A DNA stretch of 42,743 nucleotides from Marinoscillum sp. (GTDB taxonomy: Bacteria > Bacteroidota > Bacteroidia > Cytophagales > MED-G16). Positions 41,034 to 42,743 of the stretch are shown piece after piece (position 1 is the stretch's first letter; each line of letters begins with the position of its first letter). The notes under the pieces were generated by a model. That model made no database searches, was not told the DNA's origin, and saw nothing but the letters and a program-made list of their open reading frames with translations. Location of the stretch: the NCBI GenBank assembly GCA_038125345.1, contig JAYPDR010000001.1:1-42743 (forward strand), written 5' to 3'. Made by a program: the position numbers and the translations under genes.

Positions 41034-41843
41034 TTATTTAGTTATTTCTTTTTTTGACTCTTTAATCGACTTCTCAGCTTCTTTTTTTTCCTTTGCCTCT
41101 TTCTCAGATGCCTCTTTCTCCTGCTTAATTCTAATCTCTTCTTTAATTTTTTCTCTTTCTTTAAGACCTTCAGATATAGCATCAGAAATATAATCTATAA
41201 TAATTCTAACAGATGTAAATGAGTCATCATTAGAAGGTATCTCGAAATCTATTTTTGATGGATCAGAATTAGTATCAACCATCCCATAAACAGGAATATT
41301 TAATTTTTTAGCTTCCAGAACAGCGATATCTTCATGATTAATGTCTACAATAAAAAGAGCTGCAGGAATTCTATTAAGATTTGATATTCCACCTAATGCC
41401 CTCTCTAATTTTTCTTTGTCTCTTGATATCATAAGCCTCTCTTTTTTTGAGAAGTCTTGTGTATAAGTATCTTGACTCTGTAAAGCTTCCAAAGAAGATA
41501 GTTTTTTAAGTGATTTTCTAATAGTAGAAAAGTTTGTTAACATACCCCCTAACCATCTCTCCGTGACGAAAGGCATATTCAATTCCTTTGCTTTTTCTGA
41601 AACATAGGTTTTAGCTTGTTTTTTTGTTGCTACAAACATTATTTTTCTTCCTGACTTTGCAATATTATGAAGAGATGATGCTGCAGTATATGCACAATCA
41701 ATTGTTTTATGTAAATCAATTATGTGGATACCATTATTTTCCATGAAAATATACTCTGACATTTTTGGATTCCACTTCCTTGTTAAATGTCCAAAATGTA
41801 CACCCGCTTTTAATAAATCTTTATGTTCTAATTTTCTAATCAT
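41034..41843 (-). CDS. rpsB: 30S ribosomal protein S2
   Basis: LLKAGVHFGHLTRKWNPKM, with a Lys/Glu-rich C-terminal tail. Confidence 0.95.
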   Translation of the reverse strand: MIRKLEHKDLLKAGVHFGHLTRKWNPKMSEYIFMENNGIHIIDLHKTIDCAYTAASSLHNIAKSGRKIMFVATKKQAKTYVSEKAKELNMPFVTERWLGGMLTNFSTIRKSLKKLSSLEALQSQDTYTQDFSKKERLMISRDKEKLERALGGISNLNRIPAALFIVDINHEDIAVLEAKKLNIPVYGMVDTNSDPSKIDFEIPSNDDSFTSVRIIIDYISDAISEGLKEREKIKEEIRIKQEKEASEKEAKEKKEAEKSIKESKKEITK

Positions 41844-41848
41844 ATTAA

Positions 41849-42235
41849 TTATCTCTTAACCCACTGGAATGATCTTCTAGCCTTTTTTCTACCATACTTC
41901 TTTCTCTCAACCATTCTAGGGTCTCTAGTTAAAAATCCTTCTTTTTTTAATTGAACTCGAGTCTCTTCATCATTTTTAACTAAAGCTCTAGCAACTGCAA
42001 GACGAACAGCTTCAGCTTGTCCTTTAAGTCCTCCACCATAAATATTGACTTTAATATCAAAATTATTTGCAACATCTAAAAGTTTAAGAGGTTGTTCAAC
42101 TATTAACCTAAGTAATTCAGAAGAAAAATATTTATTTAAATCTTTACCGTTTATAATAAAATTACCCTTGCCAGCTTTCATATATAATCTAGCAACTGAT
42201 GTTTTTCTTCTTCCTGTAGTATTGATAAGATCCAT
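41849..42235 (-). CDS. rpsI: 30S ribosomal protein S9
   Basis: GRRKTSVARL, LTRDPRMVERKKYG and a C-terminal KR. Confidence 0.95.
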   Translation of the reverse strand: MDLINTTGRRKTSVARLYMKAGKGNFIINGKDLNKYFSSELLRLIVEQPLKLLDVANNFDIKVNIYGGGLKGQAEAVRLAVARALVKNDEETRVQLKKEGFLTRDPRMVERKKYGRKKARRSFQWVKR

Positions 42236-42236
42236 A

Positions 42237-42683
42237 TTATAATTTAATTTCTATAGGTTTTTGTCCATCATGAGGATGTTTAGAGTCTTCGTAAACAAAT
42301 AGATTTCTAAATAATTGTCTTCCTAATCTATTTTTAGGCAACATACCTTTAATAGCTTTCTCTATTATAAACTTTGAAGATTTTTTTTCTTTTAACTCAT
42401 AGGGAGTAGTAATTTTTTGTCCTCCAGGATAACCAGTATGAGAAACATACTTCTTTTCTCTCCATTTATTTCCTGTTAATTTAATTCCATCAGAGTTGAC
42501 AACTACAACATAGTCACCACAGTCCATGTTAGGCGTAAATGATGGTTTATTTTTTCCTCTTAAAATTTTAGAAATTTCAGAAGATAACCTACCAAGAGTC
42601 TTTCCCTCAGCATCAACAAGAAACCAATTTTTTTGAATTGATTCTTTATTTAGATATTGTGTTTTAAAACTTTTTGAATCCAT
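42237..42683 (-). CDS. rplM: 50S ribosomal protein L13
   Basis: WFLVDAEGKTLGRLSSEISKILRGKNKPSFTP and DCGDYVVVVN. Confidence 0.95.
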   Translation of the reverse strand: MDSKSFKTQYLNKESIQKNWFLVDAEGKTLGRLSSEISKILRGKNKPSFTPNMDCGDYVVVVNSDGIKLTGNKWREKKYVSHTGYPGGQKITTPYELKEKKSSKFIIEKAIKGMLPKNRLGRQLFRNLFVYEDSKHPHDGQKPIEIKL

Positions 42684-42701
42684 TAATTTTTAAAAAGTGA
42701 G

Positions 42702-42732
42702 CAAAAATAGATTTATTAATAAATAAAAACAA
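42702..42732 (-). promoter_or_regulatory. Candidate Bacteroidota-type promoter for rplM-rpsI-rpsB-tsf
   Basis: On the minus strand, TATTTTTG (TAnnTTTG, 42702-42709) lies 18 nt upstream of the rplM ATG. A TTG (42730-42732) sits 20 nt further upstream. Confidence 0.4.
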
Positions 42733-42743
42733 CACTTATGGTG

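Noticed and set aside
41034-41180. The Lys/Glu-rich C-terminal tail of ribosomal protein S2 as an unusual fusion.
   Set aside because: Charged low-complexity C-terminal extensions of S2 are common in Bacteroidota and in AT-rich genomes. There is no separate domain or frame change.

Overview
The window is a very AT-rich (about 30% GC by eye, not computed) and extremely compact stretch of bacterial chromosome. The gene content and signals look like Bacteroidota, class Flavobacteriia. Supporting signs are the DUF4290-murA pair, Tat-signal Gfo/Idh/MocA oxidoreductases, DUF1080, TAnnTTTG-type -7 boxes, no visible Shine-Dalgarno sites, and a tmRNA whose tag resumes on GGC. I support 40 genes: 39 CDS and one tmRNA. 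Most are housekeeping: topA (partial), gyrB, ftsK, lolA, pyrF, pyrD, xerD, aroQ, rnhA, uvrD, murA, dnaX, pepP, tsf, rpsB, rpsI and rplM. Scattered among them are periplasmic and secreted metabolic genes: M1 and M20 peptidases, a GMC oxidoreductase with a Tat small subunit, two Gfo/Idh/MocA enzymes flanking a NupG-like permease, and DUF1080. I found no rRNA, tRNA, CRISPR array, transposase, phage gene or recognisable defence gene. By my count only about 2% of the window is non-genic, and 6 of the 9 convergent gene pairs overlap or abut at their 3' ends. The only block made of uncharacterised genes is 27569-29695. It is a three-gene operon encoding a signal-peptide protein with three cadherin/He_PIG-like repeats and a glycine-zipper membrane hairpin, followed by two small single-pass paralogs. 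All three proteins share an LEEIN helix motif. This is my best candidate for an undescribed system, but it has no enzymatic domain and its function cannot be read from the sequence. Other points worth a second look:
- An A11 run in dnaX at the domain III/IV boundary, with stops in both alternative frames and a hairpin immediately downstream.
- A tmRNA tag ending in Val (GERKYEYAMAV).
- A cation antiporter whose ATG lies 15 nt after the tmRNA 3' end.
- 12-13 nt sequence modules shared among three divergent intergenic regions.
- A one-base frame break in topA at the window edge.
- MurA with Asp at the fosfomycin-target Cys position.
All functional calls come from motif recognition by eye; no database search was run.
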